DNA from: Tubiluchus corallicola
Lineage: Eukaryota; Animalia; Priapulida
Assembly: GCA_030141605.1 (NCBI GenBank)
Contig: JAQGDQ010000174.1
Coordinates: 381,295-445,294, forward strand
DNA: 64,000 nt
Direction of reading: 5' to 3'
The notes below the pieces were generated by a model that ran no database searches, was not told the DNA's origin, and saw only the letters and a program-made list of their open reading frames with translations. How positions within the stretch are numbered: position 1 is the first letter of the stretch; every line of letters starts with the position of its first letter. Shown in pieces: positions 22,874-36,886 of this stretch. A program made the translations under genes and the position numbers.

Positions 22874-25146
22874 AATTATATCTTATGACAGACAGTATTT
22901 ACAATGATCTAATTGTTTTTGCTACTTGAGAATAAGATTCAGTATCATTATGTAATTGTGAATTATCATATTCAACAAGCAACCACCAATTCGATAGATA
23001 TATTATAATTATGAGAATTATAATCCTAGCTGTTATTAAATGAATGTTGGTCTAGTATCAATGCGTAATTCGACAAAAGTTAGAAAAAACAATTGTAAGT
23101 TTACTCCATTGAAAATTTACAGACTTTAAATTAATTTATACAAATTCTTCATACTAGTTTCACATAAACTGCAAGGTGCATTACTTAGCTAGCAAACGTA
23201 GCTTGCATTTTGCAAGATATTGATTACTTTATATAGCTGTAGCCTGCTATCTGTACTCATATGTCACAAGCACTAAGCTGGCTTTCTGCTGCTGGGGAAG
23301 TACATATATTGACATAACTGTATACCTCCTTATATATGTGTACTAGGAGAACAGTGACAGTGGATTCTTCTACTCGTGTAGTAGCCATTGCATTACAAAA
23401 ATACCCTATAGGGTTTAAAAGCACAATTTTGACTTACTTTATAAGTAATTGTATGCAATTTGTAAATTTTCATGATAGATTTTTTTGCTGCTTTAGCAGT
23501 ATATATTTGGTATTATATGATTAAAATAAAATTTATTGATTTAATAATAAGAAGTTTAATAATTTGTCGTCATAAAAAGTTAGAATGATCTCAGCAGATT
23601 TTTTTGACATATGTCTGAGCTTTGTATCCAGATAATAATAGTTATAATTTCAAGGCTGTTTCATTTTACTTGATTTATTTGCTTATTTCTCTATGACATG
23701 TTTTTCATTTAAGTTTCTTATTGCACTAGTCCTCAATGAGTCTAAGTAGGCAGACATGCTTGGGTGCAATTTCTCTTTCAAGTTGAAACATAAATTCCTT
23801 CAGTGTTGCTCAGCACTTATAAATTCCATAATTGCATGACTGCTTGCATGGCTTTTGTTCAGTTCCCATTGTATTTAAAACACATTTCCTGATCCCATTT
23901 CAAGTGCAAATGTTGTAATAAAGGTAATAAAGCAAGTAGGCCTACCTTAGTACATACTGCCATTGTGCACAGAAATATAAACTTTGACCTCTTAGCTTGA
24001 ATAAACCTAAAATAATAAGTGCGTAAGATTTCCTTATTTTCTCCTATAAACGTATAGGCAGTCACTGTACTACAGCACTGTGGGTAAAGTCAAACTGATC
24101 GTATTTTTTTTTGTTATTAAAAAAATAATGCATTGGTTTTGTCCTGAATGCATTAACATTGACGATATTTTCATTTAGATATCAATTTCCTGCTAATGTG
24201 CTTTGGTAAGATTTAATGCATGATTGATTTAGTAAGAGACGTACCTTAAATCACTGCAGGGAGTTCTTATCGTCTATGCAAAGTTGCATTGCTCAATTTG
24301 CAGCAGTTGACTAAATAATACTTTTCTATGTTATTAATTTCTAGATAATTTATTATACTCTGCCATCACATTGTGTTGTTGGATAATCCTGCAATATGAG
24401 ATATGCTAAGCTAGAGGCTGTTAACAGCAGTGTACCTCCCACGTACTATCCATTTATTACCTTTATCACTAGCAATTTTGTTGTAAAAATTCAGTTTGAC
24501 CTGCACCTGTTTGTCTTTCTATGTGAAGCTACTTACCTTCAGTAGCCCCGTGCCTTGTTGGGGGCAATCTGTTAAAAACGTGCTGAAAATACAGTTATGA
24601 AGCGTCATCCATATTCATAACATAACAGTAGTTCTTGTTATTTCAAAGACCAAAATATTCCCTAACTTCAGAGGGTAGAACCAAATTCAATTTTCAGTTT
24701 ATAATCGGCACATTAATTTTGTGGTATCAAAAGCGCAGTATTTTGATGAACATCTCCGTAATGTAAGTATGACCATATTTTATTGGTTGTCTTATTCACA
24801 GTAACGTTAGTTATCTTGGTCCAGACATAGTGGTTTAGACTACTTAATGTACTTTATATTGTGCAATATTGTACTATAACCAATCTTTTTAATTAATTAC
24901 TTTCGCATGTATAATGTACGGCTGATATAAGAAAAATGAGCTTCTGGGTAGGGCGTTTTAACTTTGCCAAAATATCACATGGCACTTAAGATAACAACTA
25001 TATTTATTTATGTTGACCGGTTGTTTTCTTTAAAATAATACCTTCTTGGGAACTCTAAAAGTGTGTATTAATGTGAAGCGTTCTTCAAATTCACACAAAT
25101 GTTCTCTGAATTTATGGTTTTGCTTAACTCTGATGTAAATTGACCG

Positions 25147-25535
25147 AGTAAGCCCTTTCACAGTTCCAGCGATTGATGATGATCTTGAAAAGATCAAAGG
25201 TTAAGTGTACCAGACAATTCATTTGTGTTCACTTGACAACACCTCGCAGCACACTCGATTGTAATAGTAGCAGTTTTAACAGCTAGCTAGAACCTTACCT
25301 ACTTTTTCTTGTTCCTTAACAAGATCCTGCTAGTAAGTCACTCTATACACAGACTAATGCATAATTAAGTAAAATCCACGTAAAACAACTGACATGACTG
25401 AATTAACGCAGCGGATGGCTTTCCTTTACCCGCACATCCATGGCGGTTACGGTTAAGATACGTTGCTGTGGTACACTTAACCTTTGACTTCTAGCAACTG
25501 CGCGTGCACACAGTGAAACTCTGAAGAGGCTTATT
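25147..25535. mobile_element. MITE family A, copy 2
   Basis: Colinear with 8957-9347 (e.g. CACAGTTCCAGCGATT, AGCTAGCTAGAACCTTA, CAAGATCCTGC, CTAATGCATAATT); TIR ends GGCTTATT. Confidence 0.85.
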
Positions 25536-25609
25536 CCCTGTTAAGCTGAAGCAAAGAAATGGTTAAAAGTGTGCCGACTGATACGCTAATGTGAGTTTGA
25601 CAATTTCAG

Positions 25610-25813
25610 AGTCAGTTTTGGCAGGAGAGCTATGGAAAAGTGAAGCAAGCAATTTCTCCCTCTAGCAGCCCTACCCGTGATACCGAGTACCTGTTTGATG
25701 AGGACGAGCAGCCGCCGAGCAAAATGCCAAGATACGAGGACAGTGATGACAGTGATGATGATGATGATGATCAACCTTCGCCCTCGAACAATCACAGGCG
25801 TACAACACTTTGA
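25610..25813 (+). CDS. PCYT1: PCYT1 coding exon 7 (C-terminal phosphorylation domain, stop codon)
   Basis: TTTCAG acceptor; SQFWQESYGKVKQAISPSSSPTRD...DSDDSDDDDDD...RRTTL*; QAISP..SP matches the CCT tail. Total CDS 1062 nt, 353 aa. Confidence 0.88.
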   Translation, partial: SQFWQESYGKVKQAISPSSSPTRDTEYLFDEDEQPPSKMPRYEDSDDSDDDDDDQPSPSNNHRRTTL

Positions 25814-26977
25814 TGGTTTTGTTACTGCATGATTTTAGTCTAATTTAATGATGTTTTACTGGTTTTAATTAATAATTTCAACTTGTTTATTACTGATGAC
25901 GCGTAATTTTGGTATTTTATAGAAGACGAATGTGCAAAATTGCACAATAAGTATTGAAGTCATTTTTTATAGAAATTAAATCTTTAAATTGCTATTTTTC
26001 TCTTTTCTTGAAAATTTTTTTATAACTAGTTTGTTATTTGAAACTTTTTATTCTTAACAAAAAATATGGGTCTGTATAAAATTTAGACCATCAACTAAGC
26101 AGAGTTTTTCCCAATGTTAATTTCATACAAATTGTAAAACTTTATCCTCAACCAGGACTTTGAATGGCATATTTTTAATTTTCCTGTAAACATTTCCATG
26201 TAGTTCAATTTAACAAATTTATAGACTGTCAATTCTTCAAGCACAGATTATATTTTCTTGAAATTTTGTATGATTTAATGTTATTTTTTGCACATTGATG
26301 TTTGCTCAGGTAATATTGTACAAAAGTATGTAGTTTAAAAGATTATAATTGTATAAATCACAGGCAGTGCCTTGTGGGAGCATAAAATTAGAGCTTATAC
26401 CTTTGCCGTAATTTATAAAATTTACCGATTTAATGAATTGCGAAATTTTCTTTTTCTACATTGTTGTTACTTAGTTATCAAAAAAGCCATTCACTGGGGT
26501 TTTATCAGTATATTTGGTAGTCTATGGCAAATCTTTAAAATTTAACATATTTATTGCTAGAAACACTAAGGCACTGCTGATATAGCGAGCCAGTTTGACT
26601 GGTTTCATTTGACTTTTTTTGACATTGTAAATGCATAAGCTCAGTCCAGATTAACTAGTGTGAACAAGGCTTTAAATGTACTCGCATTCATTAATTATTT
26701 ACAATATTATTGCAGTTTAGTGTAAAAATAATTGTTAATTTAACTACATTTTAATACGTGTTGTGTTGAAAGATGCCAAACAATTACGAAGTCGCAAATT
26801 TTATTAATGCTGTTATAATTATAAGCGGTAATGATCTCAAATACTTGAACACTATGCTAACATTCTGTTTCTGTGCATTCCACTTACAAATAATGCTGTG
26901 ACAAAGCATCATATTTTTTTCAAAATGAACTTGGATCTTCTCTTAAGGTTTCATGAGATAGCCATCAATAAGCTGAA

Positions 26978-27125
26978 GGAATTTTTCTGAAAGATTTAGG
27001 GTCACCAGATACTGAAAAATAAATAAAAATTCAAGGACAAATCATGGGATATGTTTGAATAAGCCAGGAGAATTTTTCTGAAAAGTTTAGGGTTGCCAGA
27101 TGCTGAAATTTAAATTCAAGTACAA
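26978..27125. repeat. Tandem duplication (~92-bp period) carrying a TAGGGTTGCCAGAT hAT-like terminus
   Basis: GAATTTTTCTGAAA..TTTAGGGT..CCAGAT.CTGAAA...AAATTCAAG.ACAA occurs twice. Confidence 0.55.
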
Positions 27126-30100
27126 TTCAGCTAGCGTATCGGGGGAGAGGGACTTCTGTCATAAACTCCCACAATGGCATGTGCTCAGTAAAGTGCCTAA
27201 CAAGATTTAAGTAGGCAGATATGTAGACAAGATACATGATAGTAAAATCGAGACTGACTGATATTACTGTAAACGTAATAATAATCGTTTGCAATGGTAG
27301 ACTTCACCAAAGCAGTTTAAAAGGAAACGTAACAGCAAATTATGTAAATTTCTGTGACTGTTTGGGGATTGGGTTCCACATTATGAGCTCCTTAAAGATC
27401 TCACTTTGAAAAGTGGATTTTGTTTTTTTCTTTAATGCAAAGAGAGCGGGCATAAAGTCATGGGGTAGCACAAGAGACCGTTAACACATTGTTTTGTAAA
27501 GATTATGAGTTTTCTTTCGCTTTTTGTCTGAAGTAAACAATATGTTTATTGGCATATCAATTGATGGCAAAGAGTAATTTGAACTAAAACTTGCACTAAC
27601 TAAAGAAAGTACATAACTAAATTGCTTTTGTAAAGTGTCTTTATTTATTCTAAGCCAAAAAGTAATTATAATGTCTATAGATGATGTACAGCTGCTGTAC
27701 TTCAGATTCTGTTTTAACAGCAATTCTTGTAAATGCATAATATGAGTTTACAGTAATGTGGAGCCTGAACAAATTTCTTTCCATGTTAAAGGCATAGACA
27801 ATGTTGAATAATTTATTAAGTAAAACATGTACTCTCTTCTTCTTTTGATGTGAAGCATTTCTTTGAGTAAAAGCATACATGCTGTGTGCAATTCTACAAT
27901 GGTTGATCTTAGCAGCATAGACTTGGTAACGAGTTAGATTTTGATCTTGCCACAACAGTCCAATTTGAGTATTATCTGTTGTAAGAATCCAATGTTGGAT
28001 TCTTGTAGCCAGTTTGCAGTATTTTGAACTGTATCTTGGACACGTTGTGCAAGGAATAATTCATTCATTCAGCTTCCAGAACGCAGCAGTTCCACTATTA
28101 GCTTTAACGTGCTTAACTTGGTAGTAATTGTTATGCAAAAAGTGTATAACTTAGATAAACCTATTGTATACATTCAGCACAAGATAAAAAGTATAAGAGC
28201 TGATCATATTAGCATACGAGAGCTCATCTACCATTTCTTGTTGCTTAATTGTTAGTACATATGTTTCTCAAAGCAGCCTACTAGCTTTGATAAATTGATC
28301 ATTATAATGTTATTGGGTATTCTAGTCGTAAATTAAACACAGAATAGTTTGACATGACTATAATTATGTGCTGGATGCACAGCTTGTGTTACTTGTTAGA
28401 TGTGCCTCGTTTATTTGCTTGTATTTATTTTTGGAAGAGGGTTTTTGGGTTTTGACCTTTGCCGTTGCAATGCACCGACACAGAGTTGCATGTGAAATTG
28501 CAATAAATTATTATTGCAACAATAATTTTTTATAGTTTCAGTTACAATAATCCGAAGTTTGATTTTCTATAGTAACATTAATTAGGAAGGTCACATGTAG
28601 TTCTGATTCTAAAACTCAAATTTTATGGCACAGACTGCATGGTTGCGCTCTCTATCGGGGAAAATTTTAATATGTGATTATTATTACAATGCTACCACAA
28701 AATCGTGTAACGGTTTCAACATTTCAATGAAAATGCAACTAGGAAACACAGATTGTACAGAGTGGACGACTGGATGTGATTAATTTTGCTAAGACAAATT
28801 GCCTTAATGTCATTATAATCGCAATTAATGTCAAGGTTATTTCCTACAATACCCCTTTAAAGATAATTAAATGATCTTAATTAGCCACAGGAAAAATGAA
28901 TAGTCAAGTGCTTTGTCTGCTAGCATTATTTTTGCATTAACTGCTGTGACTGCAACAGCGCTATGTAAACAGATGAGACTATAAGGTAATTTTTTTCGAT
29001 ACAGCAATTTCTGTAACAGCTGCTAGTTGGCAGTAACAAGATTAATCCTATCTGACCTCATGAATGAGATCAATTTCTATCTTGAAGATACGTTTTACAT
29101 TAATTTTACACAAGATGACACAATTCAGGCTATTTGCTATTGACCAACTAAATTAACCAGTTTTTATCTAACAAGTCGCACAAAGACTTGGACAAAAACC
29201 AGCAAATTTAAGATGTGCAGAAAACTTGGACACGGTTTCATAAAGTTCTAACAGTGAGCAATTTCAACGTTTTCCTCAACAGGGGGTGCCACAATCCAGC
29301 CTGTTGCTGTGGAACTGCAAAACATTGAGCTGTTTGACAAAAAGGTTCTTTCTTTTAACAAGTTTGCACTATAAAATTAGCATTTTGATTAATTACAAAA
29401 AGTATAGTTTTTTTGTTGTAACACTAGCCCTGAGAACCTAAATGCTACTTAATGCCAGATTTGATAACAAAAGAAATCAAGCAACTCCATAACATTAAAC
29501 CCATTAAAAACACCTTTTTATGCGATAAGAAGTATAATCAATGGATGCAGCACCTGCACGGACACTACTTCTAAATTAATATAAGTTAGTACTGTACTAT
29601 CAACCGTGAGTACTAAAAACAACATACAATATTTAGCCATTTGTGATTTTATTCCAATAAGAGAATAATTTATTACATGTGCTAATAAAACTAAATCATT
29701 ATTGTAAAACAGTTTATTAACGTGGGTATATCATGGTTTGCTGTACTTCACTTACATTCATACCGGATACGCAACTAGACTTACATTTCCTAAAATAATT
29801 GTGTATTTATACTCATATACAAACTTATGTAACTGCTACAAATCAAATAAATTTATATAAAACACTTAAAAATGTGCAGTTTTTAGCTGATTTAAGAGAA
29901 AAAAGGAAATCTGTAAAACAATTAGGTTTGGAAGACCTATATCCAGATTATCCACTTTAATTGAATTTATTTCGCACTACTTTGTATATCAGTACTGATG
30001 TCGGTTTTATTGCATCGTTTATTCATAATTATAAATTTAAAAAACTAAACACTACTTGAGTCAGTCAGAAATACCATTATCTAAAATAATATATACGAAC

Positions 30101-32093
30101 CTATGAAACAAAAATAACAAAATCGCAGGCTATGCTGAAAATTGAACTAGGTCTACTTGATCTTTCCATACTTACACTATGTTACACCTAATAGCACAAA
30201 TGCTATCATTCACAAAATTGTCTTAAAACTGAGTATGTGGTCAAATAAAGATAAAAAAGAACAAATTATTTAAGGATAAATGGGACTGACCAGCTATTTA
30301 TAAATAAAATAGTAACTATACTGCTACATACAAAAATTCTATCACTAACATTATAACTTTTGCACTGAAGTCACTTTTAAATATAAAGAGAATTAAGGTG
30401 TCACAAGCAGATGAGATAAAATTGACATTTTAGTTGCAATCTTGCAATTTGCTTCAAGAGTTTTTACTGGCTGGTGATGATCGTCGCATTTCCATGAAGC
30501 GCAAGGCTGTAATAATCAGGCCGAGGAAGAGCGGGAGCTGGGGGGAGGGGAGGCCCGAGAACATTAAGGACACAACCAGGGTTTTATATAGCTCGAGGTG
30601 CTAAAGTTTTTTTCTTCATAAAGTTGTTCTCAAGGATTGGCCATTACTTCTTGTCTTTTCTCTTCGTCTTTGGCCTTCAGAAGGAAATAACCCACACTGT
30701 CCGCATCTCTGTAGCGGGTGCTGCACACTCTGGAATCTCTAGCTCTTTCCTCATCAGTAGTATCTTTTTGATTGGTGGAGGCATTGAAAATAATGGGGTA
30801 TTGGCGGAATCGTTCACAAAAGTTGCTTAATCCTGCCGAGAATCTTTTCTACCTTGCCTGTCACATTTGCTCACGCAAAGCTCCGCTGCACTAAACTTTA
30901 GTTAATTAAAAAATATATGCGTTTTCTAGGTTTTGTTTTGCTTATAATCATCACAGCATCAACGTCTTGGGTTCTCACAGTATTCCATCAATGGTGTTGT
31001 TTCTGTGTTTAGTTCAGCTTCATGTAATGTTTTGCCAAGTCGAAGTGAGGCCCTTAATGCTTGGTGCTCAGGGACCCGCAATGGCTCTCGAAGGCACTGG
31101 CTATAATTACTTTCTTCTAATTATCAGTAAGCATATACATTCAAAATCACTGAACTAGCAACTTCGGCATAAAAACAGTAATATAATATTAGCAAAACTA
31201 AACACAGCTGAGTAATAAATTAATTTTTCACTATCTACACACTTGTAATCATTATTAACGAGCTCTTCGTAATAATATAAATAATTAAATAATAAACCTA
31301 ATACTGTGTTTTTATACAAGTCTCTCCTGGTTCAGCACTGCTACTCCCATAGTAAGCACAGTGCTGCTAGATGACAACTAATCTGCTCAGACTTCAACTA
31401 AACTCTGCAAATTTTGCATGTCTTACTCAGAAATAGCATTTTCATAAAAGATTTGACGGTCACTCAAAAATAATTAGCATTTATAGCTTGCAGCTAGCTA
31501 GAACAGTAACAACAGCACCTACAGATTAGTGGAATAAACAGTGACAAATCATAATGCATACGTAACTTTTGTCGCAAGTAGTGATTGATGAACATTCGAA
31601 CAAATGTAACACCACCTGGACTTGGTTTCATTAAGCATTCGAAGAACCATAGCATTATAAGAACATATACTCATAAACTTCACCAATCATTTCAGGAGTA
31701 AAATGGTATCATGATTGAACAGATGAGTACGATTGTTGTACAAAATTGTTGCTCAGTTTTATGAATCCGGGCTTTGATCGGATCATCAATGATTAACTGT
31801 CATCATTAAATTGAAATCATGAGGCTTTCAAAGAAGATTAAATTTTATCTTCCAAAAGCAGTTTCAGTAAACTTACAATGAAAACTTACTGGACTGTTTG
31901 TAACTTATAATTTTTACGGTACCTTAGCTGTTGTCATCTTTAGTTTCAGTCATCTGAAAAAATAATTTGTTTCTTCCTACTGCTTGAATGGTAATCAATC
32001 AGTACCAGGTCAAGTGTTAAAGAGTGAGATATGCATGAAAAACATTCAAATAAGGGAGTTTGGACAAATGAAGCTCTTATGATTGTGTTTGAG

Positions 32094-32769
32094 TTAAGAT
32101 TTTCGTCTGGAACGATGAGATACCACTAGATTGCCACCATCAGGATATTTCGTTTTACTAGCACCATTTACTGCTTTGATAAAATTTGCATATTCAAGAG
32201 GAAAGTTTCTTCGAGCTTCACTAACTCTTTCATAAAACAGTTTTTTTGCATAGGCATATAATTCAATATCGAGTCTGTTTTGGTCTTTTATTCTTTCAGT
32301 TTGTTCAACAGTTGGGGCAATATTGTCACGCGTGCTATTCGTGTTATACTGCTCAAAAACCTCGTAGAACTCAATTTTAAAAGTCCGCTCGAACAGAAAT
32401 TGTGACAACTTTTGCTCTTCTGCCAAGGCAAAGTAGGCAAAGTTTTTAAGATTAAACTTAGCACTTTCTAACATAATCCTGTCTCTTTCTTCTGTCGTCA
32501 TTAGCGATTTATCATAGCACCCGACCAGCTTCAAATCACTCAGCATCCGTGTTTGCCGATTCTGAGCTAAATTTGAGTCACAATCAAGAAATTCATCTAA
32601 TGACACACCATACCATGTATCATCGAAACAACGTGGTAGTTCTTTTTGTGTTGGTGGTCGATCGTTGCATAAATGTCTAGAACTATTCCATGTTGCACCA
32701 CGAACTACGTGGGCAAACTCACTGAGAAAACGCGATACGGGTTCTCGGAGAACAGTAATATAGTAGTAC
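32094..32769 (-). CDS. HS6ST: Heparan-sulfate 6-O-sulfotransferase, coding exon 2
   Basis: TACAG acceptor; YYYITVLREPVSRFLSEFAHVVRGATW (3'-PAPS-binding motif), NLAQNRQTRMLSDL.LVGCY, SQFLFERTF, LDIELY; ends in TAA. Confidence 0.96.
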
Positions 32770-34118
32770 CTGTAATAATAAAAAATAAATCACTAAAGAT
32801 AAAATACATGTATTTCTTCATCTAATAAAAAAAAATTAATATAAAAAAAATTTGTGTGTGTTGGTATTGAATCATAGATCTGCATCTTGCTTTCTGGATC
32901 AATTACTACACCTTGTTCTTTACTATTTGTTGGTCATTTCATAGCTATTTTCATGTCACCATTATCACCGTTATTAGCATCATCATCACCATCATTACCA
33001 ACAAACTTATAATCATCATCATCATAACCACCACCATCTTCATCATTTTTAATTTCCATAATACAGCTTCTACACATTACTTCAATTTACTTGTCTTTTT
33101 GTTGTTCTCAAGGTACACAAAACTCTGTCTCAGTTTGAAGAAACAAATAAATTCATGAGCAAGTCTTAATTTTGCTAGAACATATTTAGAACAGTCCGAT
33201 AAATTCATTTATACCTGCTTTGCAAAAAATTTTGTTGAATGTTGGAATTTTCCAGACATGCAGAAGAAAGATTTCGAGGTGATAGAGTCAGATTTCTGAC
33301 GTCGAGTTACAATCTCAAGGCAGGCAATGGAGTCATGCTTAAAAAAGCTTTATGATCTGTCTTTTGGAAACAAATCATAATAAAATTTTGTAAGATAACA
33401 CAAGAATGTTTCAGTGCGACTGAAGGAGTCAAATTTTTTATGCAACATCAATGAGATCACAGTACCATTTCCCATCAAGTTTTTAGAACCATGTTGTCAC
33501 TTCAAAAAATTGCGCAGGATGGCAGTCCTTAGCTGTACACTGCTGTATTGCCCGGATCAACTTCCAAAACCAAGTTTATGAGATCATGCAATTCCAAAAT
33601 GGTGGCAATGACAAATTCAAACTGACAATTTTGTACAGCAGTTATATCTGTATATCTGTATGTATTATATCTGTATAAACGGTGCATTGTAATCAATAAA
33701 TAATGGGTAAATGTTTTTAATTAATAAATAGAATTTTAATCAGCAAACTAGCTAATCTACAAAAATGAGCTGGTAAAAAATTTAAACTACACTCTGCTAG
33801 TTGCAACTTCATGCAGAACTTAGAAGAGGAACTAAGTTGAAATATCATTATAGTGTTAAGCTGCTTTATAGTTTGTTAATGGGAGTTATTTGGGTCTAAC
33901 GTTTTTAAGACATAACCAATTTAGTTAAATCACTTTTTAGATCAATCTTTGGAATCACAGAGTAAAATAACTGATACATACATACAAACAAAGTAAAATA
34001 GATAATTTATAATCTCATGCTTTCTAGCAGCATTATGTTAAAACAGAAACTTAGAAAGAACTCAAATTTATTTTTGTAAACTGTAACTAATTAAATTCAA
34101 TGCTATATCAATGCTTAC

Positions 34119-34648
34119 TTTCTGTATGTCATTTTCTTTTCTATCTTTTTATCCATAGCTTCGTCTACACAAGCAACGAGTTCTGTAAAATCGGCATGCA
34201 GACCACATCTCCATCCTACAGAATGCCGACTAAATAACCAAGTTTCACGATCAGAGTTGGGACGATTGCAACCACAACGCTTGATACCTTTTCTACATTT
34301 GCATGGTTTCTGCAAGTTCATATCATGAGTGAGATGCCTGCCAAATGAGCTGCCGCTCGTTTTCTGTATGTGCAGAAATACAATAACATCTGTGCCATTA
34401 ATATCAAAACTGTAGTTTGCTGGCGGAGGTCCCCTGTAGATATCTGGCGGAAGAGAATACGACAGTCCTGGCTCAATATCATGTCGAGGTAAAATATATT
34501 TGCGAGAACTTCTAGAAGTATTAGTTAATGTCAAGTATGATTCTGGAAATGGACATATCGACAAACAGTATAAGGCATACGTAATAATAATGCCAGAAAT
34601 ACACAAAGCTGCCAGCAAAGTCAACTTTAACTTCACACTGCTCTCCAT
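34119..34648 (-). CDS. HS6ST: Heparan-sulfate 6-O-sulfotransferase, coding exon 1
   Basis: Type II TM anchor, DVIVFLHIQKTSGSSFGRHL (5'-PAPS-binding motif), ETWLFSRHSVGWRCGLHADFTEL; donor GTAAGC; phase 2 joins exon 2, total 401 aa. Confidence 0.96.
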
Positions 34649-35855
34649 GACAGTATGTCAGCAATCAGCTGACCTAATCTGCTGGTGACACTTTGAGTAA
34701 TAGACTTGCCTCTTTTCGTGGAAAGTGGCTCGTTTCATTATTTCTGGTGGCTTACAACAGCAACATCTGCGGAAAAAATTAAAATGAAATTTTTAACGAA
34801 AAGCAGATCATCTCTGAAATAATTAATGTTAAAATTTTTGCAGCATACTCAGAATAAAAACAAATTGCTGTAGCTTGTAGTTATCGGTGGCACGGATTTG
34901 AAGTGGGTGCACAAAATTTTTGCCTTCAGGTCCTTGAATTGTAATAGTCCTTATCCTTACATGGCTGGAAAACATACAACATCCAAATGAACTAATGGTA
35001 ATGTAAATCATTACCATACGTACAAATTTTTACTAGTTTCTAACGTGTGTGGTTTAATCAAAATTGTGGCTGTATATTTAATATATTTAAAGGAAGTTAC
35101 AAACATTGAATACACTGAATATAAAACATATTTGAAATTTACAAAAAAGAAAAATCAAGCTGTTTTAGCGGAAAGCTATTTTAAAGCATATAAAAGAAGA
35201 AGGAGGAAATACATTGATCCTACACTTCCGCAATGGCAACAAGACGCTTGGATTTTTGAGGGAACCTGACACTATTGATCGTACAAAGAAGAATACGCTG
35301 ATACTATTTTTCCAATCGTATCGTTAGCGCCACCACTTACTAGAAAACTGAAAATAAATAAAGCATCCAGAGAAGATCGGAGGGGAAAAAAGCAGTCAAT
35401 GCTTAACCCCTATCCATGCTGTAAAAGAAGTAAACTGTATTATCATTTAAACGAAAGTCAGATACATTGTATGTTTAACGATCATTGCTTACAGTGCATG
35501 TGCATCTTATGACAATGAATCTACACTTAAAATAATACTACTGTACCGGCAAACTGAGTTGAGGTTCAAACTTTCTGATATGGACGGAACGACTGCCAAC
35601 AGCCAAGCCAGATTTTCATTGCCAAAGATATTCCTGCATTACAATGCAATTTTATTTATTTTAGTCACATTCAGAACGTTTTTACTAACTCCGACACCAC
35701 AACCTGGATTAGTAATGACTCAATATGGAAAATTTCAGCTGCTCATTTAGCACATGATCTGGAAAGAACGACAGATCTGCTTGTAATATCTCTTGATTAG
35801 AAGTATTTCTAATTTGGTAATAAGGTTTAATATCATCAAGAAATAGTGGTATAAT

Positions 35856-36800
35856 TTCAATTTCAATTTATTGCTCAAATACATAATTATAATGTACATC
35901 GTATCAGGATACGCAATTAAGAATCAGAATTTTTTGAATTTATTGCAAGATTTACCATTTACCAAAAAGCATTAAATTAATACAAATTTTACAAAGAAAA
36001 AAACATTAATATATATTTTTCATTGAGACTACAGGCATGCCCCTGGACAACACCAGGAAGAAAATCTTGTGTTGGTGCTGCCCATACTAATAGTAAATCT
36101 AAAATTTAAGAAACAAAACAGAAGTGCATTAAATGATCTCTCTCACGCTCACTCACACACTTTCTTGTAGAGTGAGGACAAGGTGCAAAAGGTAGAAATT
36201 CAGCATGTTGATGAGGGATACATGAATGACACAGGTTAGTACTATGATGTTATGATGATGATCAACTCATGATAATATTTCCAAAGCATAAATATAGCCA
36301 AAATAAGAATTAAAAAAAAGCCAATTATATTATATAGTTTTATACTTATTATAGGGATGAATTGATAGTTATGAGTATTTGCTTGTGCTTGCTGTGAAGT
36401 AATGTTGGTATATACATCCACATATTCAAAGTGATCATTCGAAATATGTGGCAAATATGTGTGATTTAAGATTTTTCTTTAGTTCATGAATTGACACAGA
36501 GGTTTTAATGTATTCAGGTACTTTATTCCAAGTTATAGGGCCATTAATTAGTGGAAATAAAGTGTTTACCAACATTAGTTCTTGAAAATTTAATAATGTA
36601 TTCGTTGTACCTAGTGTTACACCATTTTATGTTAAGTTTAGCTGGATTATTGAAAAAGTTTGGAAATAACTTGAAATGAGTTTAACACACACACAAACAC
36701 TCTAAAACTCATAGGTACTCCAATTAAAACTTCATCTGAACCAAATTTGCAAAAAAGCACAAGAGATAAAATATTTCGCACCATGCTAATAGGTATCATC
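35856..36800 (-). mobile_element. Decayed L2/CR1-group LINE 3' portion
   Basis: Minus-strand AATAAA followed by a (TTGAAA)-type tail at ~35856-35873; residual GPITWNKVP-like and NTR-like peptide near 36510-36625. The remnant probably continues at ~37865-38350. Confidence 0.5.
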
Positions 36801-36886
36801 ATCTTTGGTTAGCGTGGGCTATGATTGACCACATCATTCGAAGAACGTCAACAACTCTGCCTCTGGCCTGATACCATTGTGGCTTG

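Noticed and set aside
27480-28260. Minus-strand degenerate ORFs, possibly a transposase relic
   Set aside because: No diagnostic motif that I can support.
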